Below are positions 8,303 to 17,063 of a stretch of 64,000 nucleotides of DNA, one piece after another. Source of the DNA: Candidatus Caldarchaeum sp. (GTDB lineage Archaea; Thermoproteota; Nitrososphaeria_A; Caldarchaeales; Caldarchaeaceae); the NCBI GenBank assembly GCA_038885755.1, contig JAVZZH010000001.1, forward strand, positions 160,001-224,000, in the 5' to 3' direction. The position numbers and the translations under genes were made by a program. Position 1 is the first letter of the stretch. Every line of letters starts with the position of its first letter. Below the pieces are notes generated by a model. It was not told the DNA's origin and made no database searches. It saw only the letters and a program-made list of their open reading frames with translations.

Positions 8303-10024
8303 TCAGCTCACCTTAATCTGTTGTATGAATTCTTCCACTCTGAGAACGTCCGGCCTGAAACCCACGTCTGAAAGGTTTTGAGCAAGCTCCGTTATTTGTG
8401 GCGGCTTTAAAGAAGCCTTGTCAAGAATTTCTCTCTGAGAGAAAACTTCTCTAGGAGTACCGTCGAGTAAAATCTTGCCATCCGCCATGACTATAACGCG
8501 GTCGGCAAACTCTGAGACAAGCCGCCTATCATGGGTAATAATCACAAGGGATGTTCCCATGTTTTTGAGGTTTTTGATTATTTCCATCAACCTAAGAGAA
8601 TCTTTTCTGTCGAGACCTGATGTCGGCTCGTCTATGATTATTATCTTCGGCTCTAGGATGAGAATACTTGCGAGGGCTACGAGTGTGCGTAGGTATCTTG
8701 GCAGGTCTATTATGAGTTCTTTTTTTACATGCGGAATGCCGAGTAGATTTAAGGTGTTGTCGATGAGTTTTTCGATTTCTTTAGGTGAGTATCCGAGGTT
8801 TTTCGGGCCAAACGATAACTCATCTTCAACGGTTTTACTGAAGAGCATGTTGCTAGGATTTTGGAAAACATAGTTGATTTTCCGAACAACTTCTTTGGGG
8901 TCTGCTTTGATAACGTCCAATCCGAGGACGTTTATTTCGGCGTCTGGGTTTGTTGGTTTGTATACGCCCACGAGTGTTAGGGCCAAGGTTGATTTTCCAG
9001 AACCGTTCTGTCCAATAATCGCCGTCAACTCTCTTTCGTAGAGCATCAAGTCGACGCCATCCAAGGCACGAACACCGTTTGGATATACGTAGGTAATTCT
9101 CTTCGCTATCACTACTGGGTTGCCTCTTGCTTTTTGAAAGTTTTTCACACCTGTGTTTGGAATGATTTTCACCCGGCCCGATGAAATCAGTTTCCGCATC
9201 TCCTCTTCCGCGCCGTCCAAAGTTCCCCTAATCTTCGTTGTCAGACCTATTTCCCTCAGTCTTTCAAAAAGCTCTGCGACTTGAGGAGCTCCTACACCGG
9301 TGTATTTGAGACAGCTGTTTTCCACGGCTTCGTCAGGCGTGCCGTCGAAAATTATTTTCCCCTTGTCCAGAACAACAACTCTGTTTACGATGTTAAGAAC
9401 ATCCTCCAAGTCTGCACCGGATTCAGCAATTATACAGGTCATTCCATATCTTTTGTTCAAATCTTTTATGGCTTCGAGAACGAGGCTTTTGCCGATCGGG
9501 TCTAGCATGGAGATGGGCTCGTCTAACGCTAAAACCTTGGGCCTCATGGCTAAAACACCTGCGATGCTCAGAGCCTGCTGCTGCCCTCCACTCAACTCTT
9601 TCGGATGCCGGAGCAAAAGTGGTTTAAGCCTTGTCGCGGAAACAGCATATTCAACTCTTTCTTCTATTTCGTGAAGCGGCATGCCAAGGTTGATCGGGCC
9701 GAATGCGACGTCGTCTTTCACGGTTAGGCTGAATACCTGCACGGTCGGGTCGTCTAAAACAAGTCCTACCGTAGGAGCCATCTCTGCTACTAAATAGCTT
9801 CTTGGATTTTTTCCTGCGACCGATATTTCCCCCTCTATCTTGGCCGGGATGACGTTTGGGATCAATCCGTTGAGCAGGAAAAGAAGAGTTGTTTTTCCAG
9901 ACAGCAGGGGGCCCACCAATGCGACGAATTCACCCTCTTCGACGGATAAGCTCACATTGTCGAGTGCTTTTTCACTCCTATGTAAATAGTTTACACTTAC
10001 GTTTTTCAACTCAATTAGCGGCAT
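8303..10024 (-). CDS. ecfA: ECF transporter duplicated (A-A') ATPase
   Basis: Two ABC domains: GPLLSGKTT / LSGGQQQ / LDEP and GQNGSGKST / IDEPTSGLD / THD. DDVAFGP and DELSFGP are ECF-type motifs. Confidence 0.93.
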   Translation of the reverse strand: MPLIELKNVSVNYLHRSEKALDNVSLSVEEGEFVALVGPLLSGKTTLLFLLNGLIPNVIPAKIEGEISVAGKNPRSYLVAEMAPTVGLVLDDPTVQVFSLTVKDDVAFGPINLGMPLHEIEERVEYAVSATRLKPLLLRHPKELSGGQQQALSIAGVLAMRPKVLALDEPISMLDPIGKSLVLEAIKDLNKRYGMTCIIAESGADLEDVLNIVNRVVVLDKGKIIFDGTPDEAVENSCLKYTGVGAPQVAELFERLREIGLTTKIRGTLDGAEEEMRKLISSGRVKIIPNTGVKNFQKARGNPVVIAKRITYVYPNGVRALDGVDLMLYERELTAIIGQNGSGKSTLALTLVGVYKPTNPDAEINVLGLDVIKADPKEVVRKINYVFQNPSNMLFSKTVEDELSFGPKNLGYSPKEIEKLIDNTLNLLGIPHVKKELIIDLPRYLRTLVALASILILEPKIIIIDEPTSGLDRKDSLRLMEIIKNLKNMGTSLVIITHDRRLVSEFADRVIVMADGKILLDGTPREVFSQREILDKASLKPPQITELAQNLSDVGFRPDVLRVEEFIQQIKVS

Positions 10025-10050
10025 TTCTGTAAAAAGAAAAAAAGATTTGA

Positions 10051-10878
10051 TTATTTAGTTGCAACAGCTGGTTTCCCTGCAGCTTGGACGAGCCTCGACT
10101 CGTAGTAGAAGCTCCCTATCAAAGTGCCGATGAACTGTGCGACAAAGCTTGATATGACGAATCCAGCGGGGCTGATGGCCCAAGCTACGTTAGCCAAGGC
10201 AGCTTCAAACGGGTTGTTTGTGAAATAGTTTGTGATAACCCATCCCGAGAAGTGTACACCCATGAATACAAACGCCATCAAAACCGTCAACAGATTCCTG
10301 GCAGTCGCTCCCAACGGCCTGCTGCGAACCACGTACCAAAAGATTATCGACGAAATAGCCCAGATGCCGCCGTCCATCAACGCGTAAGCTACGACGATGT
10401 TTGGCGTGGCAACCCATGGAGCCAGCCCAAGCGCGTAGCGGAGGATAAAGGCAACTGCTGTTCCGAGAAAAGCCGTGAAAGGCCCGAAATACACAGCCGC
10501 AAACGCCGTCACCAAGGCGACTGTATCTATGTTTATTGGTCCTGGAAGCCCTGCGACGGTAGCCACAGCCGCGACAATAGCTGACGCTGATAGAAAATAC
10601 GGCGAAGAAACGGAATATCTACCTTCAGGTACATATTTTCCCGGCGGCGCAAGCCATTCCTTCTTAGTTGAGAAAAGTGAAATCGCCACGAATCCCGGAA
10701 TTGTGTAGATAAGAATGGCGTTCATGTAGAAGAGAGCCTGACGGGTTGGCGAATGGCTCACTCCCCAGACAGGAGATGGAGTGTTTATGGCGAGGTTGAT
10801 GAGAATGCCGACGACGGCGCTGACGACAGCGACTAAGACCAATAGTGTGTTCCTACCTTTCGCAACCAGCCTGCTCAT
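10051..10878 (-). CDS. Putative ECF substrate-specific (S) component with an N-terminal extension
   Basis: First gene of the ecf operon; strongly hydrophobic; AxxxA-type helix (SAIVAAVATVA) and AAVYFGP motif. Confidence 0.65.
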   Translation of the reverse strand: MSRLVAKGRNTLLVLVAVVSAVVGILINLAINTPSPVWGVSHSPTRQALFYMNAILIYTIPGFVAISLFSTKKEWLAPPGKYVPEGRYSVSSPYFLSASAIVAAVATVAGLPGPINIDTVALVTAFAAVYFGPFTAFLGTAVAFILRYALGLAPWVATPNIVVAYALMDGGIWAISSIIFWYVVRSRPLGATARNLLTVLMAFVFMGVHFSGWVITNYFTNNPFEAALANVAWAISPAGFVISSFVAQFIGTLIGSFYYESRLVQAAGKPAVATK

Positions 10879-11260
10879 GACAGCAGTATTTTAATGCTGC
10901 TACTGGTTATTAAATTTTATTACCTAATACGTAGCATGGTCCTGATGATGCCTTGAATATTCGTGATAACCAGTCTAGACTCTTTCAGAAGGGAGAAATC
11001 ATCCAATCTTCAGATATCCTCCTCGTCTGGGCACTACCTGATACGTGGAAATTAAGCTTTATCCGGTAGGCCTTTGCCGTGGCTGCTCTTCAGAATACAC
11101 GTATTTCATCGACTACCCCCTTCCTTTGGAGGTATCGGGATTGGGTGTATTCAAGGGCTGCCGTAAATATAATGGACGAGGCCAGCAGGGAGAGGAGCCT
11201 AGCTAGGTTCCCAACATTCCTTATGAGGATGCTTTTGGCATGAGTAGGCGTATTACCCTG

Positions 11261-11363
11261 CTGACATTCCTGATAAGCGATGTTTTCAGGATGAGAGGGT
11301 GTCTAGATGGGATGGTGTTTTGAAAGAAGAAGACGTCATAGAAAGCCTTATCCGGATACTGCC
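11261..11363. mobile_element. ~100-bp MITE-like remnant sharing ends with the IS6 element at 3431-3790
   Basis: Left end ..TCCTGATAAG (11268-11277) and right end CTTATCCGGATACTGCC (11347-11363) carry the same asymmetric end cores as the IS6 remnant. Confidence 0.55.
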
Positions 11364-11408
11364 TGACTGTTCTGCATGTTTATATTTAGCATATGAAAAT
11401 TTCAAGCT

Positions 11409-12443
11409 GTGAAGGCGGCTCTTCTTTTCGGGCCTTCAGACCTTCGAATCGGCGATGTTCCTGTTCCGAAAATCAGCGATGACGAAGTTTTGGTTAAAGT
11501 CAAAGCTATTAGTGTGTGTCCTAGTGATGTTAGAACTTTCCGAGGTGTTTACAAAAGCAGAATTTTCGAATACGGTTTGGACAGCTACGGGATGTCGGGA
11601 CATGAATGGGCCGGTGAAATCCTTGAGGTCGGTCCAAGAATAAAGCATTTACAGCCCGGCGACAAAATTGTCCCCGAAATAATCATTCCATGCGGCTTGT
11701 GCAAGCTGTGCAGACGTGGTCTAACAAACCTATGCATACGGAAAAAACCCGTTTTGCGCGGATATGCCGAATACGCTGTTGCGAAAGGATTTTACAGCTA
11801 CAAAGTTCCTAAAAATGTGAGTATTCAGGAAGCAGCTTTGACCGAACCTGTCGCCGTCAGTATAAGAGCTAACATGCGAACAAACTGTCTGCCGGGCGAC
11901 TTGGTTTTGGTTGTGGGAGCTGGGCCGATGGGCTTGCTAAACCTGATGGTGGCGAAAAAATTCGGCTTCAGGGTGGTTGTTTCGGAAATAAATTCCGAAA
12001 GGCGGCGGATAGCCCGCGAACTGGGCGCGGATGCCGTGGTCAACCCGGCTGAGGAAAAGCTGGAAGACGTGATAAAGTCCGAGGGTGATGGACTGGGGGC
12101 TGACGGAGTGATTATGGCGACGGGGGCCAAGGCTGCTATCGAATCCGCCGTGAAAGTAGTGAGGCCATTCGGAACAGTAGTATTGTTCGCATCCACCTAT
12201 CCCAAAGAAGACATCGTCCTAGACCCTAACACAATACACTACGGCGAAATTAATATTACCGGCAGCTTCGACCACTTGCCAGTGGATATGGAAAGAGCGT
12301 TAGTGTTCATGGAGAAAAAGGAAATAGACGTGATGAAGATCATCTCAAAGTTTTTTGAACTTGAAAATTTGGAGGAAGCGTTCATCTACTGGGAAAAAAG
12401 TGCTGGCTTGAAACCAATGATTTTAATGAGCGAATCGCCATGA
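11409..12443 (+). CDS. Zn-dependent polyol (sorbitol/L-iditol-type) dehydrogenase, MDR family
   Basis: CPSD, GHE, structural-Zn CGLCKLCRRGLTNLC, EP, GAGPMG, IHYGEINITGS. Confidence 0.88.
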   Translation: MKAALLFGPSDLRIGDVPVPKISDDEVLVKVKAISVCPSDVRTFRGVYKSRIFEYGLDSYGMSGHEWAGEILEVGPRIKHLQPGDKIVPEIIIPCGLCKLCRRGLTNLCIRKKPVLRGYAEYAVAKGFYSYKVPKNVSIQEAALTEPVAVSIRANMRTNCLPGDLVLVVGAGPMGLLNLMVAKKFGFRVVVSEINSERRRIARELGADAVVNPAEEKLEDVIKSEGDGLGADGVIMATGAKAAIESAVKVVRPFGTVVLFASTYPKEDIVLDPNTIHYGEINITGSFDHLPVDMERALVFMEKKEIDVMKIISKFFELENLEEAFIYWEKSAGLKPMILMSESP

Positions 12444-13876
12444 TTTTAGGCTTGGATGTGGGCACCGGCAGTGTGAAAGCTGTTGCATTGTCCGACGAAG
12501 GTAAGGTCGTTTGGCAGTCACATCGCGACCTCCCCAACGTAGTTGCTGACGGGGAAAAGGTTGAGTTCGACGCTGAAATATGGTATGCTAGAAGCATTGA
12601 TTTACTGAGAGAATTCGCAAGCAAGTTCAAGCCACGCGACCTCACGCTTTGCATCGGTGGACAGGCACCTAGCATCGTTCCCGTGGACAGAAATGGTCGC
12701 CCTCTTCACCATGCCTTAGTTTGGATGGATGGTCGTGCTGTTGCTGAGGCTGAAAAACTGCGAAATTTAACCGGCGAAGACGTCGACCCGTTCACGGCTG
12801 AATCTAAGCTTCTGTGGTTCATGAACAACCTTCCTTCTGTTTATAAGAAAACATTTTGTTTTTTACACGCCTTCGATTTCGTCGCTTTCCGGCTGACCGG
12901 TTCGGCGACCGTGGGTTTGCTCGACGAGCAGTACTACACGTGGGAAAGCATTCCTTACTGGAAACCGGAACACCTCAGCATGACGGAATTTGAGTTGGAG
13001 AAGCTTCCGGAGCCAAGGCTGATAGGAGATGAAATCGGCCCTGTTAAGGAAAGCGTGGCAAAAATGCTGAATATTCCATCGACTACTGTTATTCAGGGAA
13101 CGGCTGATTTCGCCCACAGCATCGTCGGAGTCGGGGCTGTTAAACCAAGCGTGGCCATGGACCATGGCGGAACTTCACAGGGCTTTGACCTATGTTGGCA
13201 TGAAGAGCTAAGACCTTCGAAGAGAGAATTCAACTGCGTCCGACATATTGTGAGAGGTTTTTGGAACATCAGCGGTGTAATGAACACTACAGGAGCTGTG
13301 TTAAGATGGTTCCGCAACAATTTCTACCCACCTGAATCATCGTATACCTTAGTCGATGCTGAGGCAGCAAAATGTGAAAACGTGCAGCTCATAGTCCTAC
13401 CGTATTTTCAGGGTGAAAGAACTCCAGTCTGGAACCCTTATGCTCGGGGCGTCTTCTTCGGTCTTCAGCTTAGACACGGCCGTGGTGATGTTGCGAGAGC
13501 TATTATGGAGGCGACGGCTTATGGGTTGAGGCGGATTGTCGAATTCATTAAAAAAGCGGGCGGCCGGCTTGACGAGCTACGTGTTGCCGGAGGTCAGGGA
13601 AACAGCGACCTCTGGAACCAGATAAAAGCCGACGTATTAGGGGTCAAAGTTATCAAACCCTCGATAAGCGACGCAGCACCTCTTGGCGCAGCCTTGGTCG
13701 GAGCTGTCAGCAAACAAATCTACAAAGACTACAGCGAATCAGCCGAGAAAGCAGTCGTAATCGAAAAAACCTTCAACCCCAACCCAACGAAAACAGAAAC
13801 ATATGACAAAAAATACGAAACATACATTGAACTATACGAAGCCGTAAAACATCTATTCATCAAACTCGACCACTAA
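12440..13876 (+). CDS. FGGY-family carbohydrate kinase (xylulokinase-like)
   Basis: ILGLDVGTGSVKA, WMDGRA, PYFQGERTP.W, RAIMEATAY, AGG...WNQIKAD. ATGA overlap with the dehydrogenase. Confidence 0.92.
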   Translation: MILGLDVGTGSVKAVALSDEGKVVWQSHRDLPNVVADGEKVEFDAEIWYARSIDLLREFASKFKPRDLTLCIGGQAPSIVPVDRNGRPLHHALVWMDGRAVAEAEKLRNLTGEDVDPFTAESKLLWFMNNLPSVYKKTFCFLHAFDFVAFRLTGSATVGLLDEQYYTWESIPYWKPEHLSMTEFELEKLPEPRLIGDEIGPVKESVAKMLNIPSTTVIQGTADFAHSIVGVGAVKPSVAMDHGGTSQGFDLCWHEELRPSKREFNCVRHIVRGFWNISGVMNTTGAVLRWFRNNFYPPESSYTLVDAEAAKCENVQLIVLPYFQGERTPVWNPYARGVFFGLQLRHGRGDVARAIMEATAYGLRRIVEFIKKAGGRLDELRVAGGQGNSDLWNQIKADVLGVKVIKPSISDAAPLGAALVGAVSKQIYKDYSESAEKAVVIEKTFNPNPTKTETYDKKYETYIELYEAVKHLFIKLDH

Positions 13877-14382
13877 CCGGTATGGGCGTTTGACCAAAAC
13901 TCCTACCAGCTGAAATGCTCTAGTGAAAAACTATGACGGAGTTGTTGTATCTTTTCACTTTAAAAACGTTTAGAAAATAAGATCAAGTAGCCCGCCGAAA
14001 AAACCAAATAAGCCCTACCGGTGAGCTTGTGTTGCGACGGATTATGTTTGTTTCGTTTCTAGTTCTTCTCTTTCTGCTTTCCATTAAACATGTCTCTAGG
14101 TCTGCCGCCACTTGTCTGGGTCCTGCATTCTTTTAACGGCTTCGAGTACAATTCAGTCGATAAGCACGATTTTTTGGGTCTGCTGATAAGCTCGGTCTTG
14201 TTCCACCGCTACCGTGGAGGTTAGGACTTTTGATGTGGTTTTGTTCTGTGCAGCTCCACCCGCCGTTGTTGTCGCGATGTTGGCGACAGTTTTGGCTATC
14301 CTCAGCCCTGTCTAGGCCCATCCAGTCCCAGCCGCTGTCACGAATAATACAGCCAAAACGGTCTCGGACCACGGGGCAATGC

Positions 14383-15147
14383 CTAGGTCAGCGGTAAAAG
14401 CTTTTCGGGTGAAAACCCTTCATGGATAATGCTGTTGAGGGCCTTTGTGATTTTTTCAGGGCTGGGGTGTTGGAAGATGTTTCTACCAAAAGCAACCCCC
14501 GCTCCTCCGGCGGATATGCTTTCGTAAACCATCTGCAAAACCTCCGAGTCCGACTCCACAAACTCGCCTCCCAACACAACCACTGGGACAGGGCATGTGC
14601 TGACAACATACCTGAAGCTTTCCACACTGCCGGTGTACATCGTTTTTATGAAGTCGGCTCCATACTCAGCGCCTATCCTGGCGATCTTAGCGATTTCAAC
14701 GGCCGAGGTCATGGCTGGCTTGCCGGGATACATCTCAGCTAGAACGGGGATTCCGAAATCTCCAGCTGCGACACACAGGGCCCACAGTGTCTCAAGCTCT
14801 TGTCGCTCGTTCTCGCCGCCAAATTTGACGAAATATTTTACCGCATCGGCTCCATGGTTTGAAGCTGCTTTGACACTCTGCGGTATTGTCGAGGGGGATC
14901 TGTCTTGAAGGTTCAGTATCCAGCCCAAGTTTCTCCTCGCTAGAGAGGGTGCGTACTCCTTTAGCAAACCTAGATTCGTCATCACTGCGTCGACCCCTGC
15001 TCCCACGACTTTAGCGAGAATCTCCGAAGGCTTCTCAGAACCCTTAACAGGCCCCATGAAAGAACCATGGTCGAACGCAAAGATGAGGCTGCGTCCATCG
15101 GCTTGGAATATGCGTTTAAGACGAATAGCTTTACCGGGGTAGCTCAC
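14383..15147 (-). CDS. DhnA-type class I aldolase (FBP aldolase/LsrF/ADH synthase family)
   Basis: GKAIRLKRIF, FAFDHG, EMYP, GADFIKT (Schiff-base Lys), GVAFGRNIFQ. Confidence 0.9.
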   Translation of the reverse strand: MSYPGKAIRLKRIFQADGRSLIFAFDHGSFMGPVKGSEKPSEILAKVVGAGVDAVMTNLGLLKEYAPSLARRNLGWILNLQDRSPSTIPQSVKAASNHGADAVKYFVKFGGENERQELETLWALCVAAGDFGIPVLAEMYPGKPAMTSAVEIAKIARIGAEYGADFIKTMYTGSVESFRYVVSTCPVPVVVLGGEFVESDSEVLQMVYESISAGGAGVAFGRNIFQHPSPEKITKALNSIIHEGFSPEKLLPLT

Positions 15148-15922
15148 AGCGATGCCAGGGTGTTATTACGACTTTTAATACTTTTCCTCCGCAAGCGGGT
15201 TTGCAGAGCTTCTACAATTCTCTCCAGAGGCATTCTGTGGGTTATGAGAGGTTTGACTTTTACAAAACCTCGCTGTATTAGCGTCAAGGCTGTTTTGACG
15301 TCTTTTTTAGTTCCCCCGCAAGTGCCCGTGATGACTAGTCGATGCTTATCTCATTTTTACGATGGGTTGGCGAAAGAGCCGGCAATTCCTCTTGTTTGAA
15401 GACTCGGCGAATCAGGCCGGGGCTATCCTTCTCGGGCATGCTCGAGACCGCCTCTCATATGCTGACAGCGTCCTCTAGTGGTCTTATCCTCTCCTCAAGC
15501 TCGGGTGAGAAGGGGGCATAGCCGAACATCCTCAGAGCCTTGTCCGCCTTCTCGAACTCGCTCCTAACCATCTCAGGCGGCGGAAGATAATAGATTTTCT
15601 CGACGTCCGAGTTATGCTCAATTAAAAGCTTATTCACGCCAGCAGATTAGCATCTCACGGCCCCGTCCTGTCGTGGTCGCTTCGGGTTGGAGGGTGATTA
15701 CGCCCCGGCCTAGGTTGACCTAGGCCCTAAGTTGAAGACGATCCTGCTGGTTAGTGCGGCCATTTTGTCGAGGTATAGGCTTGGCTTTGTCATCATACAG
15801 GCTCAGAGCAGAAGCCCTGCGGCGGATAGACTGCGGCTGGCCATCTTTATGGTTCGAGCTCAGCCATCTCAGCTAAATCTTAAATCCTCTAGATGTTTGA
15901 CTATGGGTTAGTGGCTTGAAGC

Positions 15923-16639
15923 GTGGAGGCCGAGGATAGTCTCAAACGACAGTTGATGAACACGATAGCCGGCGAGGTGATTTTTTCGCCGAGGCCTGGG
16001 GATGCTTTGAAGAAGTGGAGGTTGTTGTTTGAGGAGAGTCAGAAGAACTTGGCCAAGGCCATGGGTGTGGCCTCTTCTGTTTTGAGCGATTACGAGAAGA
16101 ACCGCCGGAAGTCCCCGGGCACGGAGTTCATCAGAAAGTATGTCAACGCCTTGATTAGGTTGGACGAGGCGAAGGGCGGGCTGCACATCAGGAAGTACGC
16201 CGGCTCCGTCAGGGATTTGTCCGGTGTCGTGCTGGGTATTGCTGAATACACCTCACCCAGGACGCTGGATGAGGTCGCTGACGCCATTAAGGGTGTTTGG
16301 CTTGCTGGGCAAGGGTTGAGGGATTCCTATGTCTACGGATACACCGTGGTGGATAGTCTTCGTGCGATAAAGAACCTCGACTCTCACGATTTTCTAAGGC
16401 TGTTCGGCGGAAACTCTGTCAGGGTTGTGGTGTTCACAAACGTCTCCAGAGGTAGGTCTCCCATCATAGCCGCCAAGATCTTCCCGATAAGGCCTCGGAT
16501 GATAGCTATTCACGGGCCTCGGGGAAAGGAGGATGTCGACCCGTTCGCCGTGGAGCTGGCTGCGTCTGAGGGCATACCCTACGTCCTGTCTCTCCACAAA
16601 ACGGTTGAAGACATACTGGACGGGCTCAGCTCGTTGTAG
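15923..16639 (+). CDS. Archaeal XRE-HTH transcriptional regulator (COG1709-like)
   Basis: IAGEVIFS..PG..LKKWR..F...Q..LA..MGV..SV.SDYE..RRKSPG; C-terminal YGYTVVDS and FTNVSRGRSP. Confidence 0.85.
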   Translation: MEAEDSLKRQLMNTIAGEVIFSPRPGDALKKWRLLFEESQKNLAKAMGVASSVLSDYEKNRRKSPGTEFIRKYVNALIRLDEAKGGLHIRKYAGSVRDLSGVVLGIAEYTSPRTLDEVADAIKGVWLAGQGLRDSYVYGYTVVDSLRAIKNLDSHDFLRLFGGNSVRVVVFTNVSRGRSPIIAAKIFPIRPRMIAIHGPRGKEDVDPFAVELAASEGIPYVLSLHKTVEDILDGLSSL

Positions 16640-17063
16640 GAGCGTCGGCTCTCTTGACGAGCCTAGCGTTCAGTATGCCGTTTACATACCTCAGCTCTCT
16701 CAAGATAGCCTCGTAGGGTAGCTTGACAGTCCGCCTAAAACCCATCCCGCCTTTGAGCACCAGCTTCCTCCCAAGCAGCTCTACCTTGACGTTGCTCTCA
16801 GGGCCGGGGACTTGCGCCGTGAGGTCGACCACATCCCCCTCATGTCTTATTTCGAGCAGGAAGTCATCCCACGACGGTGAGGCTAGGCTCTTGTTAAAGG
16901 CTTTGAACCAGTAGACAGCAAGCCCGGCTGCTAGGCCTCCGAGAACAAGGCCTAATAGCCCTGTCTGGAGACGCAGCATGAACGAGAGCACCGCGACTCC
17001 GACTAGGAACAGTAGGAGATAGCCCAACCCGCTGAACCCTGTTTTCTTGACGTCTCCGCTCAA
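16626..17063 (-). CDS. Membrane-anchored Hsp20/alpha-crystallin-like protein
   Basis: Two N-terminal TM helices, then AQVPGPE..VKV...L...G...F.R.V.LP...Y.NGILN (alpha-crystallin pattern). Confidence 0.65.
   Translation of the reverse strand: MSGDVKKTGFSGLGYLLLFLVGVAVLSFMLRLQTGLLGLVLGGLAAGLAVYWFKAFNKSLASPSWDDFLLEIRHEGDVVDLTAQVPGPESNVKVELLGRKLVLKGGMGFRRTVKLPYEAILRELRYVNGILNARLVKRADAPTTS

Noticed and set aside
10930-11250. Possible degraded gene or IS piece in the ECF/dehydrogenase intergenic region
   Set aside because: Only short broken frames; no family recognisable.
14133-14372. 79-aa ORF, or a Thr-rich solute-binding-protein N-terminal remnant in another frame
   Set aside because: The alternative frame has an internal stop and only compositional resemblance; too weak to call.
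15455-15870. 60-aa ORF and 9-bp palindrome GGCCTAGGT-TG-ACCTAGGCC (15707-15726)
   Set aside because: Probably a gene remnant, but no family could be assigned; a single GC-rich palindrome has no supporting context.
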